DNA of 64,000 nt from Escherichia coli (GCF_024223415.1 NZ_CP100500.1), one strand, 5' to 3'; positions 30,048 through 43,850 are shown, counted from the first letter of the stretch. Translations and numbers: made by a program. Notes: a model not told the origin generated them from the sequence alone.

Positions 30048-31943
30048 ATGGCAGGGAAGTTTCGCTGCATTTTGCTGTTGATAGCAGGGCTGTTTGTATC
30101 ATCTCTAAGTTATGCAGAAAACACGGAGATCCCTTCTTATGAAGAAGGGATCTCGCTCTTTGATGTTGAAGCCACTCTGCAACCGGATGGGGTGCTCGAC
30201 ATCAAAGAGAACATTCATTTTCAGGCGCGAAATCAGCAGATTAAGCACGGATTTTATCGTGATTTACCACGACTCTGGATGCAGCCTGATGGTGACGCGG
30301 CGCTGCTGAACTATCGCATTATTAGCGTCACCCGTGATGGTATTCCTGAACCCTGGCATCTTAACTGGCATATCGGGTTAATGAGTATTGTCGTGGGTGA
30401 TAAACATAGTTTCTTGCCTCAAGGTGACTATCATTATCAAATTCATTATCAGGTTAAAAATGCTTTCCTGCGTGAGGGTGACTCTGACCTGCTAATCTGG
30501 AACGTGACTGGTAACAACTGGCCGTTTGAAATTTATAAGACCCGATTTTCACTCAAGTTCCCTGATATCGCGGGTAATCCATTTAGCGAAATCGCTCTCT
30601 TTACTGGAGAAGAGGGCGACACATATCGAAATGGCCGCATCCTTGAGGACGGAAGAATTGAATCCAGCGATCCGTTTTATCGTGAAGATTTCACGGTACT
30701 CTACCGTTGGCCTCACTCGTTACTTAGCAATGCCCCGGCTCCACAAACGACGAATATTTTCAGCCATCTTCTTTTACCCTCCACGTCATCGTTGTTAATT
30801 TGGTTTCCGTGTCTATTCCTGGTTTGTGGATGGTTATATCTCTGGAAGCGCAGGCCGCAATTTACGCCGGTAGATGTGATTGAAACCGATGTCATTCCGC
30901 CAGATTACACGCCCGGCATGTTACGTCTCGATGCGAAGCTGGTTTACGATGATAAAGGGTTTTGTGCCGATATCGTAAATCTGATTGTGAAAGGAAAAAT
31001 TCATCTGGAAGATCAGTATGATAAGAACCAGCAAATCCTGATTCGTGTTAATGAAGGCGCGACCAGAAATAATGAGGTATTACTGCCCGCAGAGCAGTTA
31101 TTACTGGAAGCGTTATTTCGTAAAGGCGATAAGGTCGTTCTTACGGGGAGACGCAACAGAGTCTTACGCAGGGCATTTTTACGGATGCAGAAATTTTATC
31201 TGCCGCGTAAAAAGTCTTCGTTTTACCGGCCTGATACTTTTTTGCAATGGGGGGGAGTGGCAATATTGGCGGTCATTCTTTACGGTAACCTGAGTCCTGT
31301 AGGCTGGGCAGGAATGAGTCTGGTGGGCGATATGTTTATTATGATCTGCTGGCTTCTTCCTTTTTTATTTTGTTCCCTTGAGCTTTTGTTTGCCCGCGAT
31401 GATGACAAGCCTTGCGTTAATCGTGTAATCATCACTTTGTTTTTACCACTGATTTGTTCAGGCGTAGCCTTCTATTCTCTCTATATCAATGTCGGAGATG
31501 TATTCTTTTACTGGTATATGCCAGCGGGTTATTTTAGCGCTGTTTTCCTGACCGGTTATCTCACTGGCATGGGGTATATTTTTCTGCCAAAGTTTACCCA
31601 AACTGGGCAGCAACGTTATGCCCACGGTGAAGCTATCGTTAACTATCTTGCGCGTAAAGAGGCGGCAACGCACAGTGGGCGGCGTCGGAAAGGGGAAACA
31701 CGTAAACTGGATTATGCGTTGCTAGGTTGGGCGGTCTCGGCAAACCTTGGCAGAGAATGGGCAGCACGTATCACCCCATCACTCACAGCGGCTGTTAGCG
31801 CCCCGGAAATTGCCCGTAGTGGCGTTTTGTTCTCATTACAGATGCACCTGAGTCTGGGGGCCAATACCAGTTTGTTGGGGCGAAGTTATTCCGGTGGTGG
31901 TGCTGGCGGCGGCGCGGGTGGCGGAGGCGGTGGTGGCTGGTAA
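30048..31943 (+). CDS. yciQ: DUF2207-family inner membrane protein YciQ
   Basis: 631 aa, several transmembrane segments, glycine-rich C-terminus. Confidence 0.8.
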   Translation: MAGKFRCILLLIAGLFVSSLSYAENTEIPSYEEGISLFDVEATLQPDGVLDIKENIHFQARNQQIKHGFYRDLPRLWMQPDGDAALLNYRIISVTRDGIPEPWHLNWHIGLMSIVVGDKHSFLPQGDYHYQIHYQVKNAFLREGDSDLLIWNVTGNNWPFEIYKTRFSLKFPDIAGNPFSEIALFTGEEGDTYRNGRILEDGRIESSDPFYREDFTVLYRWPHSLLSNAPAPQTTNIFSHLLLPSTSSLLIWFPCLFLVCGWLYLWKRRPQFTPVDVIETDVIPPDYTPGMLRLDAKLVYDDKGFCADIVNLIVKGKIHLEDQYDKNQQILIRVNEGATRNNEVLLPAEQLLLEALFRKGDKVVLTGRRNRVLRRAFLRMQKFYLPRKKSSFYRPDTFLQWGGVAILAVILYGNLSPVGWAGMSLVGDMFIMICWLLPFLFCSLELLFARDDDKPCVNRVIITLFLPLICSGVAFYSLYINVGDVFFYWYMPAGYFSAVFLTGYLTGMGYIFLPKFTQTGQQRYAHGEAIVNYLARKEAATHSGRRRKGETRKLDYALLGWAVSANLGREWAARITPSLTAAVSAPEIARSGVLFSLQMHLSLGANTSLLGRSYSGGGAGGGAGGGGGGGW

Positions 31944-32155
31944 TTAAGCTGATGTTAATCGAAACAAGCTTTAACCATAAAGATAGTGTAGTATGTTGCG
32001 CCTCAAAGCCAGGCCAGTTAAAACGTCGAGTCGTTTACTTAAGGCCTGAAGAGTTCAAACAGACTTTACTATCAGTGAGTCAGATGTAAGTTCTGACTCA
32101 CTGTTGCACAAAAGCATATCAGACGCCTGGGAAGGCGACACCAAAAGGAAGCTCT

Positions 32156-33031
32156 ATGAGCGAAAAGCTACAGAAAGTGCTGGCGCGTGCCGGCCACGGT
32201 TCTCGCCGTGAAATCGAATCTATTATTGAAGCCGGTCGTGTGAGTGTTGATGGCAAAATTGCTAAACTCGGCGATCGCGTTGAAGTTACCCCTGGATTGA
32301 AAATCCGTATCGATGGTCACCTGATTTCGGTACGTGAGTCCGCTGAACAAATTTGTCGCGTTCTGGCCTATTACAAACCGGAAGGTGAGTTGTGTACCCG
32401 TAACGATCCGGAAGGACGTCCAACGGTGTTTGACCGTCTGCCAAAACTGCGTGGCGCACGCTGGATTGCCGTGGGTCGCTTGGACGTTAATACCTGTGGT
32501 CTGCTGCTGTTCACCACCGATGGTGAACTGGCAAACCGTTTAATGCACCCAAGCCGTGAAGTTGAACGTGAATATGCCGTGCGTGTATTTGGTCAGGTTG
32601 ACGACGCGAAACTGCGTGATTTGAGTCGTGGCGTGCAGTTGGAAGATGGTCCGGCAGCTTTTAAAACCATCAAGTTCAGCGGCGGCGAAGGGATCAACCA
32701 GTGGTACAACGTGACTCTGACCGAAGGCCGTAACCGTGAAGTTCGTCGTCTGTGGGAAGCGGTTGGTGTGCAGGTGAGCCGCCTGATCCGTGTTCGTTAC
32801 GGTGATATCCCACTGCCAAAAGGTCTGCCACGCGGTGGCTGGACGGAGCTGGACCTCGCCCAGACTAACTATCTGCGCGAACTGGTGGAGCTACCGCCAG
32901 AAACCAGCTCTAAAGTCGCTGTAGAAAAAGACCGTCGTCGCATGAAGGCGAATCAGATTCGTCGTGCGGTGAAACGTCACAGTCAGGTGAGCGGCGGTCG
33001 TCGTTCTGGCGGACGTAATAATAACGGTTAA
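32156..33031 (+). CDS. rluB: 23S rRNA pseudouridine synthase B
   Basis: 291 aa, S4 domain N-terminus and basic C-terminal tail. Confidence 0.9.
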
Positions 33032-33070
33032 TCAAAGTATGCCGGACGTCATATCCGGCATTTTTACAGA

Positions 33071-33661
33071 TTAATAATCAATCCCTATTTGCGCCTTAAC
33101 ACCGGCATCAAACGCATGTTTGATGGGGCGCAGCTCACTTACCGTATCCGCCAGTTCAAGAATATCCCGATGACAGCCTCGACCCGTGATAATCACCGTC
33201 TGTTGATGTGGACGTTCATTTAACGCCTGCACCACTTCTTCCAGTGGCAAATAGTCATACGCCACCATATAAGTCAGCTCATCAAGCAAAACCATATCCA
33301 GTGAGGAATCAGCAAGCATCCGCTTTGCATGTTGCCAGACTTCGCGGCAGGCGGCGGTATCAGACTCGCGGTTTTGTGTATCCCAGGTAAAGCCCGTTGC
33401 CATCACCTGAAACTCAACGCCATGTGGCTCCAGCAGATTGCGTTCGCCATTAGGCCAGGTGCCTTTAATAAACTGCACGACGCCCACTTTTTTTCCATGA
33501 CCAACTGCGCGTGTTGCCGTACCAAATGCCGCGGTGGTTTTGCCTTTTCCATTGCCGGTAAAGACGATGATAATACCGCGTTCATCCTGGGCCTGGGCCA
33601 CACGAGCATCTACTTTTTCTTTCACTCGCTGCTGACGCTGTTGGTAGCGTTCATCACTCAT
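33071..33661 (-). CDS. btuR: Cob(I)alamin adenosyltransferase
   Basis: 196 aa, P-loop GNGKGKTTAAFG. Confidence 0.9.
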   Translation of the reverse strand: MSDERYQQRQQRVKEKVDARVAQAQDERGIIIVFTGNGKGKTTAAFGTATRAVGHGKKVGVVQFIKGTWPNGERNLLEPHGVEFQVMATGFTWDTQNRESDTAACREVWQHAKRMLADSSLDMVLLDELTYMVAYDYLPLEEVVQALNERPHQQTVIITGRGCHRDILELADTVSELRPIKHAFDAGVKAQIGIDY

Positions 33662-34416
33662 TGGGAAATTCCTGGTTTACGGCCCGGTTGGGCGTCAAAG
33701 GTCATGCCGGTTTTACGGCGGCTGTCATCGCCCATCAGCCAGAGGTAGAGCGGCATGATATCAGCGGGTGTTTTAAGTTTCTGTGGATCTTCGGTCGGGA
33801 AGGCGCTGGCACGCATTGCGGTGCGCGTACCGCCTGGGTTAATGCAGTTGACGCGCAGGCGCTGCTGATATTCATCGGCCAGTACCTGCATCATCCCTTC
33901 GGTGGCAAATTTCGACGCTGCATATGCGCCCCAGTTGGCTCGTCCCTGACGTCCAACGCTTGATGAAGTAAAGACCAGTGAACCGGCGTCCGATTTGAGT
34001 AATAAAGGAAGCAGTGCCTGGGTGAGCATAAAGGTGGCATTAACGTTGACCTGTATGACGTCCTGCCAGACCTGTGGATTTTGTTCGCTCATTGGACAAA
34101 CATCGCCGAGCAATCCGGCATTATGCAAAACACCATCCAGACGCGGATAATTAACGGCAATGCGCTGTGCCAGTTGTTGGCAATCTTCGGACCTGCAGGT
34201 CAGCAAATCGAGAATAAACCACTGTGGCTGACGCCCAGTTTCTTCGTTTATGTGGCTGGCTACCTGACGTAATTTTTCTTCATTACGGCCCAACAGAATC
34301 ACTGTCGCACCATAGCGTGCATACGTCATCGCGGCTTCACGACCAATACCATCACTGGCTCCCGTCACCAGGATAATGCGATCATTGAGTAAATCTTGTT
34401 TTGGCTGGTAATGCAT
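33658..34416 (-). CDS. yciK: Short-chain dehydrogenase/reductase YciK
   Basis: 252 aa, TGASDGIG NAD(P)-binding motif; 4-nt overlap with btuR. Confidence 0.85.
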   Translation of the reverse strand: MHYQPKQDLLNDRIILVTGASDGIGREAAMTYARYGATVILLGRNEEKLRQVASHINEETGRQPQWFILDLLTCRSEDCQQLAQRIAVNYPRLDGVLHNAGLLGDVCPMSEQNPQVWQDVIQVNVNATFMLTQALLPLLLKSDAGSLVFTSSSVGRQGRANWGAYAASKFATEGMMQVLADEYQQRLRVNCINPGGTRTAMRASAFPTEDPQKLKTPADIMPLYLWLMGDDSRRKTGMTFDAQPGRKPGISQ

Positions 34417-34635
34417 GGCTACTCCTCAACGACGTTGTCTGTCGCGCTGCCAGTGTACTTTATGACTTTGGGGCTTTATGCCTGAAACAGAAGGGCAATT
34501 CAATCAGCCTGGGGCGATAACACCGCAAAATGGATACTTTGTCATACTTTCGCTGCAATAACATCTCTGCGAGACGGCTTAACATGCCTGTTGTAAACTG
34601 TGAGCCAAAGCGTTGTTTAACCAAGGTGGGGACTC

Positions 34636-35685
34636 GTGGAATTGTTGTCTGAATATGGTTTGTTTTTGGCGAAAATCGTTACCGTTGTGCTAGCGATTGC
34701 GGCGATTGCCGCCATTATTGTCAATGTTGCTCAACGTAATAAACGCCAGCGTGGCGAGTTACGGGTCAACAATCTCAGCGAACAGTATAAGGAGATGAAA
34801 GAAGAACTGGCCGCGGCGCTGATGGACTCACATCAGCAAAAACAGTGGCACAAAGCGCAGAAGAAAAAGCACAAGCAAGAAGCGAAAGCAGCAAAAGCGA
34901 AAGCCAAACTGGGCGAGGTGTCAACTGACAGTAAACCCCGCGTCTGGGTGCTGGACTTTAAAGGCAGCATGGACGCCCATGAAGTGAACTCGCTACGTGA
35001 AGAGATAACGGCTGTACTCGCAGCATTCAAACCGCAGGATCAGGTTGTGCTACGTCTGGAAAGCCCTGGTGGCATGGTGCATGGTTACGGGTTGGCGGCT
35101 TCGCAGCTGCAGCGTCTGCGTGATAAAAACATTCCTTTAACTGTTACGGTAGACAAAGTCGCTGCCAGCGGCGGTTACATGATGGCCTGTGTGGCGGACA
35201 AAATTGTTTCCGCACCGTTTGCTATTGTGGGTTCCATTGGCGTGGTGGCGCAAATGCCCAACTTTAACCGCTTCCTGAAAAGCAAAGATATTGATATCGA
35301 ACTGCACACCGCCGGGCAGTATAAGCGCACGCTGACCTTGCTGGGTGAAAATACCGAAGAAGGGCGGGAGAAATTCCGCGAAGAGTTGAACGAAACGCAT
35401 CAGTTATTTAAAGATTTTGTGAAGCGTATGCGTCCGTCTCTGGATATTGAACAGGTGGCAACGGGGGAACACTGGTACGGACAACAGGCAGTAGAGAAAG
35501 GCCTGGTTGATGAAATCAACACCAGTGATGAAGTTATTCTTAGCCTGATGGAAGGCCGTGAAGTGGTCAATGTACGCTATATGCAGCGTAAACGACTCAT
35601 TGACCGATTCACCGGCAGCGCGGCAGAGAGCGCCGATCGATTGTTGTTACGCTGGTGGCAGCGGGGGCAAAAGCCATTGATGTAA
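34636..35685 (+). CDS. sohB: S49-family periplasmic protease SohB
   Basis: 349 aa, GTG start, N-terminal membrane anchor. Confidence 0.85.
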   Translation: MELLSEYGLFLAKIVTVVLAIAAIAAIIVNVAQRNKRQRGELRVNNLSEQYKEMKEELAAALMDSHQQKQWHKAQKKKHKQEAKAAKAKAKLGEVSTDSKPRVWVLDFKGSMDAHEVNSLREEITAVLAAFKPQDQVVLRLESPGGMVHGYGLAASQLQRLRDKNIPLTVTVDKVAASGGYMMACVADKIVSAPFAIVGSIGVVAQMPNFNRFLKSKDIDIELHTAGQYKRTLTLLGENTEEGREKFREELNETHQLFKDFVKRMRPSLDIEQVATGEHWYGQQAVEKGLVDEINTSDEVILSLMEGREVVNVRYMQRKRLIDRFTGSAAESADRLLLRWWQRGQKPLM

Positions 35686-35720
35686 AAGACAAACGCGAGG
35701 GTAAGACCTCGCGTTTTGCT

Positions 35721-35972
35721 TTAATCAACCAGGTGATATTTTTCTGAAAGCACATGGGCCAGGTGTTTGAACATATTAAACACCGCGGTGCTTTTGGCTG
35801 TTGGCAATCCTTGTTCATCTAAAAAGTAGTCGCCGGTAAATACCAGCACGCCATTACGCTGCGTGACGCCGGTGGCTTCAATCCCTGCGAGCGTATCCTC
35901 ATGCTCACGAATGATTTTGTTGGCCTCTTTCAACAGCGTTTCGCGGTCGATGGGTTGTGTCTCTTTGTTCAT
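35721..35972 (-). CDS. yciN: Protein YciN
   Basis: 83 aa, conserved position before topA. Confidence 0.8.
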
Positions 35973-36351
35973 TATTTACTCCTTAAACAAGGACATTAGT
36001 CTACGCCAGGCATGGCTTGCAGACAAATATACCACGCTGGTGGCAAGAGCGCCTTACTGGCAACTTTGGATTTTGCATGCTAATAAAGTTGCGTATCGGA
36101 TTTTATCAGGTACAGTGTGACGCTTTCGTCAATCTGGCAATAGATTTGCTTGACATTCGACCAAAATTCCGTCGTGCTATAGCGCCTGTAGGCCAAGACC
36201 TGTTAACTCAGTCACCTGAATTTTCGTGAACAGAGTCACGACAAGGGGTTGATATCCGCAGAGAACGAGTCCATATCGGTAACTCGTTGCCAGTGGAAGG
36301 TTTATCAACGTGCGACGCATTCCTGGAAGAATCAAATTAGGTAAGGTGAAT

Positions 36352-38949
36352 ATGGGTAAAGCTCTTGTCATCGTTGAGTCCCCGGCAAAAGCCAAAACGA
36401 TCAACAAGTATCTGGGTAGTGACTACGTGGTGAAATCCAGCGTCGGTCACATCCGCGATTTGCCGACCAGTGGCTCAGCTGCCAAAAAGAGTGCCGACTC
36501 TACCTCCACCAAGACGGCTAAAAAGCCTAAAAAGGATGAACGTGGCGCTCTCGTCAACCGTATGGGGGTTGACCCGTGGCACAATTGGGAGGCGCACTAT
36601 GAAGTGTTGCCTGGTAAAGAGAAGGTCGTCTCTGAACTGAAACAACTGGCTGAAAAAGCCGACCACATCTATCTCGCAACCGACCTTGACCGCGAAGGGG
36701 AAGCCATTGCATGGCACCTGCGGGAAGTTATTGGGGGTGATGATGCGCGCTATAGCCGAGTGGTGTTTAACGAAATTACTAAAAACGCGATCCGCCAGGC
36801 GTTTAACAAACCGGGTGAGCTGAATATTGATCGTGTTAATGCCCAGCAGGCGCGTCGCTTTATGGACCGCGTGGTGGGGTATATGGTTTCGCCGCTGCTA
36901 TGGAAAAAGATCGCTCGTGGTCTGTCTGCCGGTCGTGTGCAGTCGGTGGCAGTCCGCCTGGTGGTCGAGCGTGAGCGTGAAATTAAAGCGTTCGTGCCGG
37001 AAGAGTTCTGGGAAGTCGATGCCAGCACGACCACGCCATCTGGTGATGCGTTGGCGTTGCAGGTGACTCATCAGAACGACAAACCGTTCCGTCCGGTCAA
37101 CAAAGAACAAACTCAGGCTGCGGTAAGTCTGCTGGAAAAAGCGCGCTACAGCGTGCTGGAACGTGAAGACAAACCGACAACCAGTAAACCTGGCGCTCCT
37201 TTTATTACCTCTACGCTGCAACAAGCTGCCAGCACCCGTCTTGGATTTGGCGTGAAAAAAACCATGATGATGGCGCAGCGTTTGTATGAAGCAGGCTATA
37301 TCACTTACATGCGTACCGACTCTACTAACCTGAGTCAGGACGCGGTAAATATGGTTCGCGGTTATATCAGCGATAATTTTGGTAAGAAATATCTGCCGGA
37401 AAGTCCGAATCAGTACGCCAGCAAAGAAAACTCACAGGAAGCGCACGAAGCGATTCGTCCTTCTGACGTCAATGTGATGGCGGAATCGTTGAAGGATATG
37501 GAAGCAGATGCGCAGAAACTGTACCAGTTAATCTGGCGTCAGTTCGTTGCTTGCCAGATGACCCCAGCGAAATATGACTCCACGACGCTGACCGTTGGTG
37601 CGGGCGATTTCCGCCTGAAAGCACGCGGTCGTATTTTGCGCTTTGATGGCTGGACAAAAGTGATGCCTGCACTGCGTAAAGGCGATGAAGATCGTATCTT
37701 ACCGGCAGTCGATAAAGGCGATGCTCTGACGCTCGTTGAACTGACACCAGCCCAGCACTTTACCAAACCGCCAGCCCGTTTCAGTGAAGCATCGCTGGTT
37801 AAAGAGCTTGAAAAACGCGGTATCGGTCGTCCGTCTACCTATGCGTCGATCATTTCGACCATTCAGGATCGTGGCTATGTGCGAGTAGAAAATCGTCGTT
37901 TCTATGCGGAAAAAATGGGCGAAATCGTCACCGATCGCCTGGAAGAGAATTTCCGCGAGTTAATGAACTACGACTTCACCGCGCAGATGGAAAACAGCCT
38001 TGACCAGGTGGCAAATCACGAAGCAGAGTGGAAAGCTGTACTGGATCACTTCTTCTCGGATTTCACTCAGCAGTTAGATAAAGCTGAAAAAGATCCGGAA
38101 GAGGGGGGTATGCGTCCGAACCAGATGGTTCTGACCAGCATCGACTGCCCGACCTGTGGTCGCAAAATGGGGATTCGCACAGCGAGCACCGGGGTATTCC
38201 TTGGCTGTTCTGGCTATGCGCTGCCGCCGAAAGAGCGTTGCAAAACAACCATTAACCTGGTGCCGGAAAACGAAGTGCTGAACGTGCTGGAAGGCGAAGA
38301 CGCTGAAACCAACGCGCTGCGCGCAAAACGTCGTTGCCCGAAATGCGGCACGGCGATGGACAGCTATCTCATCGATCCGAAACGTAAGTTGCATGTCTGT
38401 GGTAATAACCCAACCTGCGACGGTTACGAGATCGAAGAGGGCGAATTCCGCATTAAAGGTTATGACGGCCCGATCGTTGAGTGTGAAAAATGTGGTTCTG
38501 AAATGCACCTGAAAATGGGGCGTTTCGGTAAATATATGGCCTGCACAAACGAAGAGTGTAAAAACACGCGTAAGATTTTACGTAACGGCGAAGTGGCACC
38601 ACCGAAAGAAGATCCGGTGCCATTACCTGAGCTGCCGTGCGAAAAATCAGATGCTTATTTCGTGCTGCGTGACGGCGCTGCGGGTGTTTTCCTGGCTGCC
38701 AACACTTTCCCGAAATCGCGTGAAACGCGTGCGCCGCTGGTGGAAGAGCTGTATCGCTTCCGCGATCGTCTGCCGGAAAAACTGCGTTATCTGGCCGATG
38801 CGCCGCAGCAGGATCCGGAAGGTAATAAGACTATGGTTCGCTTTAGCCGTAAAACCAAACAGCAATATGTCTCTTCGGAAAAAGACGGAAAGGCGACTGG
38901 CTGGTCAGCATTTTATGTTGATGGCAAATGGGTTGAAGGGAAAAAATAA
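36352..38949 (+). CDS. topA: DNA topoisomerase I
   Basis: Start [22 protein letters not shown] (865 aa), Toprim and C-terminal zinc ribbons. Confidence 0.95.
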   Translation: MGKALVIVESPAKAKTINKYLGSDYVVKSSVGHIRDLPTSGSAAKKSADSTSTKTAKKPKKDERGALVNRMGVDPWHNWEAHYEVLPGKEKVVSELKQLAEKADHIYLATDLDREGEAIAWHLREVIGGDDARYSRVVFNEITKNAIRQAFNKPGELNIDRVNAQQARRFMDRVVGYMVSPLLWKKIARGLSAGRVQSVAVRLVVEREREIKAFVPEEFWEVDASTTTPSGDALALQVTHQNDKPFRPVNKEQTQAAVSLLEKARYSVLEREDKPTTSKPGAPFITSTLQQAASTRLGFGVKKTMMMAQRLYEAGYITYMRTDSTNLSQDAVNMVRGYISDNFGKKYLPESPNQYASKENSQEAHEAIRPSDVNVMAESLKDMEADAQKLYQLIWRQFVACQMTPAKYDSTTLTVGAGDFRLKARGRILRFDGWTKVMPALRKGDEDRILPAVDKGDALTLVELTPAQHFTKPPARFSEASLVKELEKRGIGRPSTYASIISTIQDRGYVRVENRRFYAEKMGEIVTDRLEENFRELMNYDFTAQMENSLDQVANHEAEWKAVLDHFFSDFTQQLDKAEKDPEEGGMRPNQMVLTSIDCPTCGRKMGIRTASTGVFLGCSGYALPPKERCKTTINLVPENEVLNVLEGEDAETNALRAKRRCPKCGTAMDSYLIDPKRKLHVCGNNPTCDGYEIEEGEFRIKGYDGPIVECEKCGSEMHLKMGRFGKYMACTNEECKNTRKILRNGEVAPPKEDPVPLPELPCEKSDAYFVLRDGAAGVFLAANTFPKSRETRAPLVEELYRFRDRLPEKLRYLADAPQQDPEGNKTMVRFSRKTKQQYVSSEKDGKATGWSAFYVDGKWVEGKK

Positions 38950-39134
38950 CCTTTAATTCTGTCAGGTTTTTATAAACAAAGGGTCGCGAAAGCGGCCCTT
39001 TTTTATTGCATATTATTTTTTCTTCACACCTATACACTAAGGCTATAAATGATATAGTGGTTATAGTTAGCACCTTTTTTATTATTAAATCGTATTAGTC
39101 ACCCGCCAGGTGTGACGAAAAAACGATGTTCTGA

Positions 39135-40133
<999 letters not shown>

Positions 40134-40451
40134 TTTCTTGCGTTATTATCGGCACCTTTTATGTAGCGAAGGTGCCGTAATATATTCTCTTTTGTTACTT
40201 ATTTGTATACCGTGCACAATATTTTTATCCCTCATATTTATAGGGTAAATTACCTGTAAAGTAGTGTCTAATTACCCGCCTCGCAAACTCCAGTTTTCAA
40301 ATATCTATTTCAGGTCAAAAGATTGAATTATTCACTGAAGACGATTCGTAAATTCGCTGGATTTTTGACTAAAGTTTCTTTAGGATTTGTCTCATCGTAT
40401 GATTAATTACACCAATCGTTCAACGTCTTGCTGATAAGTGATGGCGATTAT

Positions 40452-40592
40452 ATGAGGTTAGCAATGCCTTCTGGAAATCAGGAACCCCGCCGCGATCCTG
40501 AATTAAAACGTAAAGCCTGGCTGGCGGTTTTTCTTGGTTCTGCACTTTTCTGGGTGGTTGTCGCACTGCTGATTTGGAAAGTGTGGGGATAA
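40452..40592 (+). CDS. ymiA: Small membrane protein YmiA
   Basis: 46-codon ORF MRLAMPSGNQEPRRDPELKRKAWLAVFLGSALFWVVVALLIWKVWG; could start at Met 5 (40464). Confidence 0.6.
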   Translation: MRLAMPSGNQEPRRDPELKRKAWLAVFLGSALFWVVVALLIWKVWG

Positions 40593-40594
40593 CT

Positions 40595-40762
40595 ATGGTT
40601 GGTCAGGAGCAACTGGAGTCGTCACCATTATGCCAGCATAGTGACAATGAAACAGAAACGAAACGGGAATGTACCGTCGTTATTCCAGACAACTGGCAAC
40701 TAACATCGCAGCAGCAAGCCTTTATAGAACTGTTTGCTGAAGATGATCAGCCGAAACAATAA
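40595..40762 (+). CDS. yciX: Small protein YciX
   Basis: 55 aa MVGQEQLESSPLCQHSDNETETKRECTVVIPDNWQ.., directly after ymiA. Confidence 0.6.
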   Translation: MVGQEQLESSPLCQHSDNETETKRECTVVIPDNWQLTSQQQAFIELFAEDDQPKQ

Positions 40763-40875
40763 TTATCATCATTCTTATTACCCATTTTTAATGAATTACA
40801 GGGCTTTTAATACACCGCAGCAATAACAGGTTGAGTTATCTCAACACAAAGTAATAACCGTTAAGGGTGTAGCCT

Positions 40876-40971
40876 ATGATCAACACAAATATGAAATATT
40901 GGTCCTGGATGGGCGCGTTTTCTCTGTCGATGCTCTTCTGGGCCGAACTCCTCTGGATCATTACTCACTGA
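40876..40971 (+). CDS. Candidate small membrane protein (31 aa, MINTNMKYWSWMGAFSLSMLFWAELLWIITH)
   Basis: Short hydrophobic ORF behind GGGTG, upstream of acnA; K-12 has small proteins here but I cannot confirm identity. Confidence 0.3.
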   Translation: MINTNMKYWSWMGAFSLSMLFWAELLWIITH

Positions 40972-41134
40972 TCCCTGACCCTGCTGCGGCGGGGTTTTCA
41001 TTTGCTTTGCCACAAGCTTTCTCCTCTTTTATCAATTTGGGTTGTTATCAAATCGTTACGCGATGTTTGTGTTATCTTTAATATTCACCCTGAAGAGAAT
41101 CAGGGCTTCGCAACCCTGTCATTAAGGAGGAGCT

Positions 41135-43810
41135 ATGTCGTCAACCCTACGAGAAGCCAGTAAGGACACGTTGCAGGCCAAAGATAAAACTTACCACTAC
41201 TACAGCCTGCCGCTTGCTGCCAAATCACTGGGCGATATCACCCGTCTACCCAAGTCACTCAAAGTTTTGCTCGAAAACCTGCTGCGCTGGCAGGATGGTA
41301 ATTCGGTTACCGAAGAGGATATCCACGCGCTGGCGGGATGGCTGAAAAATGCCCATGCTGACCGTGAAATTGCCTACCGCCCGGCAAGGGTGCTGATGCA
41401 GGACTTTACCGGCGTACCTGCCGTTGTTGATCTGGCGGCAATGCGCGAAGCGGTTAAACGCCTCGGCGGCGATACTGCAAAGGTTAATCCGCTCTCACCG
41501 GTCGACCTGGTCATTGACCACTCGGTGACTGTCGATCGTTTTGGTGATGATGAGGCATTTGAAGAAAACGTTCGCCTGGAAATGGAGCGCAACCACGAAC
41601 GTTATGTGTTCCTGAAATGGGGAAAGCAGGCGTTCAGTCGGTTTAGCGTCGTGCCGCCAGGCACAGGCATTTGCCATCAGGTTAACCTCGAATATCTCGG
41701 CAAAGCAGTGTGGAGTGAATTGCAGGACGGTGAATGGATTGCTTATCCGGATACACTCGTTGGTACTGACTCGCACACCACCATGATCAACGGCCTTGGC
41801 GTGCTGGGGTGGGGCGTGGGTGGCATCGAAGCAGAAGCCGCAATGTTAGGCCAGCCGGTTTCCATGCTTATCCCGGACGTAGTGGGCTTTAAACTTACCG
41901 GAAAATTACGTGAAGGTATTACCGCCACAGACCTGGTTCTCACTGTTACCCAAATGCTGCGCAAACATGGCGTGGTGGGGAAATTCGTCGAATTTTATGG
42001 TGATGGTCTGGATTCACTACCGTTGGCGGATCGCGCCACCATTGCCAATATGTCGCCAGAATATGGTGCCACCTGTGGCTTCTTCCCAATCGATGCTGTA
42101 ACCCTCGATTACATGCGTTTAAGCGGGCGCAGCGAAGATCAGGTCGAGTTGGTCGAAAAATATGCCAAAGCGCAGGGCATGTGGCGTAACCCGGGCGATG
42201 AACCGATTTTTACCAGTACGTTAGAACTGGATATGAATGATGTTGAAGCGAGCCTGGCAGGGCCTAAACGCCCTCAGGATCGCGTTGCACTGCCCGATGT
42301 ACCAAAAGCATTTGCCGCCAGTAACGAACTGGAAGTGAATGCCACGCATAAAGATCGCCAGCCGGTCGATTATGTTATGAACGGACATCAGTATCAGTTA
42401 CCTGATGGCGCTGTGGTCATTGCTGCGATAACCTCGTGCACCAACACCTCTAACCCAAGTGTGCTGATGGCTGCAGGCTTGCTGGCGAAAAAAGCCGTAA
42501 CTCTGGGCCTCAAGCGGCAACCGTGGGTCAAAGCGTCGCTGGCACCAGGCTCGAAAGTTGTTTCTGACTATCTGGCAAAAGCGAAATTGACACCGTATCT
42601 CGACGAACTGGGGTTTAACCTTGTGGGATACGGTTGTACCACCTGTATTGGTAACTCTGGGCCGCTGCCCGATCCTATCGAAACGGCAATCAAAAAAGGC
42701 GATTTAACCGTCGGTGCAGTGCTGTCCGGCAACCGTAACTTTGAAGGCCGTATCCATCCGCTGGTTAAAACCAACTGGTTGGCCTCGCCGCCGCTGGTGG
42801 TTGCTTATGCGCTGGCGGGAAATATGAATATCAACCTGGCTTCTGAGCCTATTGGTCATGATCGTAAAGGCGATCCAATATATCTGAAAGATATCTGGCC
42901 ATCGGCACAAGAAATTGCCCGTGCGGTAGAACAAGTCTCCACAGAAATGTTCCGCAAAGAGTACGCAGAAGTCTTTGAAGGCACTGCAGAGTGGAAAGAA
43001 ATTAACGTCGCACGATCCGATACCTACGGATGGCAGGAGGATTCAACCTATATTCGTTTATCGCCTTTCTTTGATGAAATGCAGGCAACACCAGCACCTG
43101 TGGAAGATATTCACGGTGCGCGGATCCTCGCAATGCTGGGGGATTCAGTCACCACTGACCATATCTCTCCGGCGGGCAGTATTAAGCCCGACAGCCCAGC
43201 GGGTCGATACCTACAAGGTCGGGGTGTTGAGCGAAAAGACTTTAACTCCTACGGTTCGCGGCGTGGTAACCATGAAGTGATGATGCGCGGCACCTTCGCC
43301 AATATTCGCATCCGTAATGAAATGGTGCCTGGCGTTGAAGGGGGGATGACGCGGCATTTACCTGACAGCGACGTAGTCTCTATTTATGATGCTGCGATGC
43401 GCTATAAGCAGGAGCAAACGCCGCTGGCGGTGATTGCCGGGAAAGAGTATGGATCAGGCTCCAGTCGTGACTGGGCGGCAAAAGGTCCGCGTCTGCTTGG
43501 TATTCGTGTGGTGATTGCCGAATCGTTTGAACGAATTCACCGTTCGAATTTAATTGGCATGGGCATCCTGCCGCTGGAATTTCCGCAAGGCGTAACGCGT
43601 AAAACGTTAGGGCTAACCGGGGAAGAGAAGATTGATATTGGCGATCTGCAAAATCTACAACCCGGCGCGACGGTTCCGGTGACGCTTACGCGCGCGGATG
43701 GTAGCCAGGAAGTCGTACCCTGCCGTTGTCGTATCGACACCGCGACGGAGTTGACCTACTACCAGAACGACGGCATTTTGCATTATGTCATTCGTAATAT
43801 GTTGAAGTAA
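41135..43810 (+). CDS. acnA: Aconitate hydratase A
   Basis: 891 aa, [29 protein letters not shown]. Confidence 0.95.
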   Translation: MSSTLREASKDTLQAKDKTYHYYSLPLAAKSLGDITRLPKSLKVLLENLLRWQDGNSVTEEDIHALAGWLKNAHADREIAYRPARVLMQDFTGVPAVVDLAAMREAVKRLGGDTAKVNPLSPVDLVIDHSVTVDRFGDDEAFEENVRLEMERNHERYVFLKWGKQAFSRFSVVPPGTGICHQVNLEYLGKAVWSELQDGEWIAYPDTLVGTDSHTTMINGLGVLGWGVGGIEAEAAMLGQPVSMLIPDVVGFKLTGKLREGITATDLVLTVTQMLRKHGVVGKFVEFYGDGLDSLPLADRATIANMSPEYGATCGFFPIDAVTLDYMRLSGRSEDQVELVEKYAKAQGMWRNPGDEPIFTSTLELDMNDVEASLAGPKRPQDRVALPDVPKAFAASNELEVNATHKDRQPVDYVMNGHQYQLPDGAVVIAAITSCTNTSNPSVLMAAGLLAKKAVTLGLKRQPWVKASLAPGSKVVSDYLAKAKLTPYLDELGFNLVGYGCTTCIGNSGPLPDPIETAIKKGDLTVGAVLSGNRNFEGRIHPLVKTNWLASPPLVVAYALAGNMNINLASEPIGHDRKGDPIYLKDIWPSAQEIARAVEQVSTEMFRKEYAEVFEGTAEWKEINVARSDTYGWQEDSTYIRLSPFFDEMQATPAPVEDIHGARILAMLGDSVTTDHISPAGSIKPDSPAGRYLQGRGVERKDFNSYGSRRGNHEVMMRGTFANIRIRNEMVPGVEGGMTRHLPDSDVVSIYDAAMRYKQEQTPLAVIAGKEYGSGSSRDWAAKGPRLLGIRVVIAESFERIHRSNLIGMGILPLEFPQGVTRKTLGLTGEEKIDIGDLQNLQPGATVPVTLTRADGSQEVVPCRCRIDTATELTYYQNDGILHYVIRNMLK

Positions 43811-43817
43811 CAAGTAT

Positions 43818-43850
43818 TTGCTTGCCGGTTATTTTGCTTCCGGCAAGCAA
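43818..43850. terminator. Hairpin between convergent acnA and ribA
   Basis: TTGCTTGCCGG / CCGGCAAGCAA 11-bp arms. Confidence 0.4.

Noticed and set aside
40899-41081. 60-aa ORF overlapping the small hydrophobic ORF
   Set aside because: Alternative frame with no start context; the 31-codon frame is the more plausible reading.
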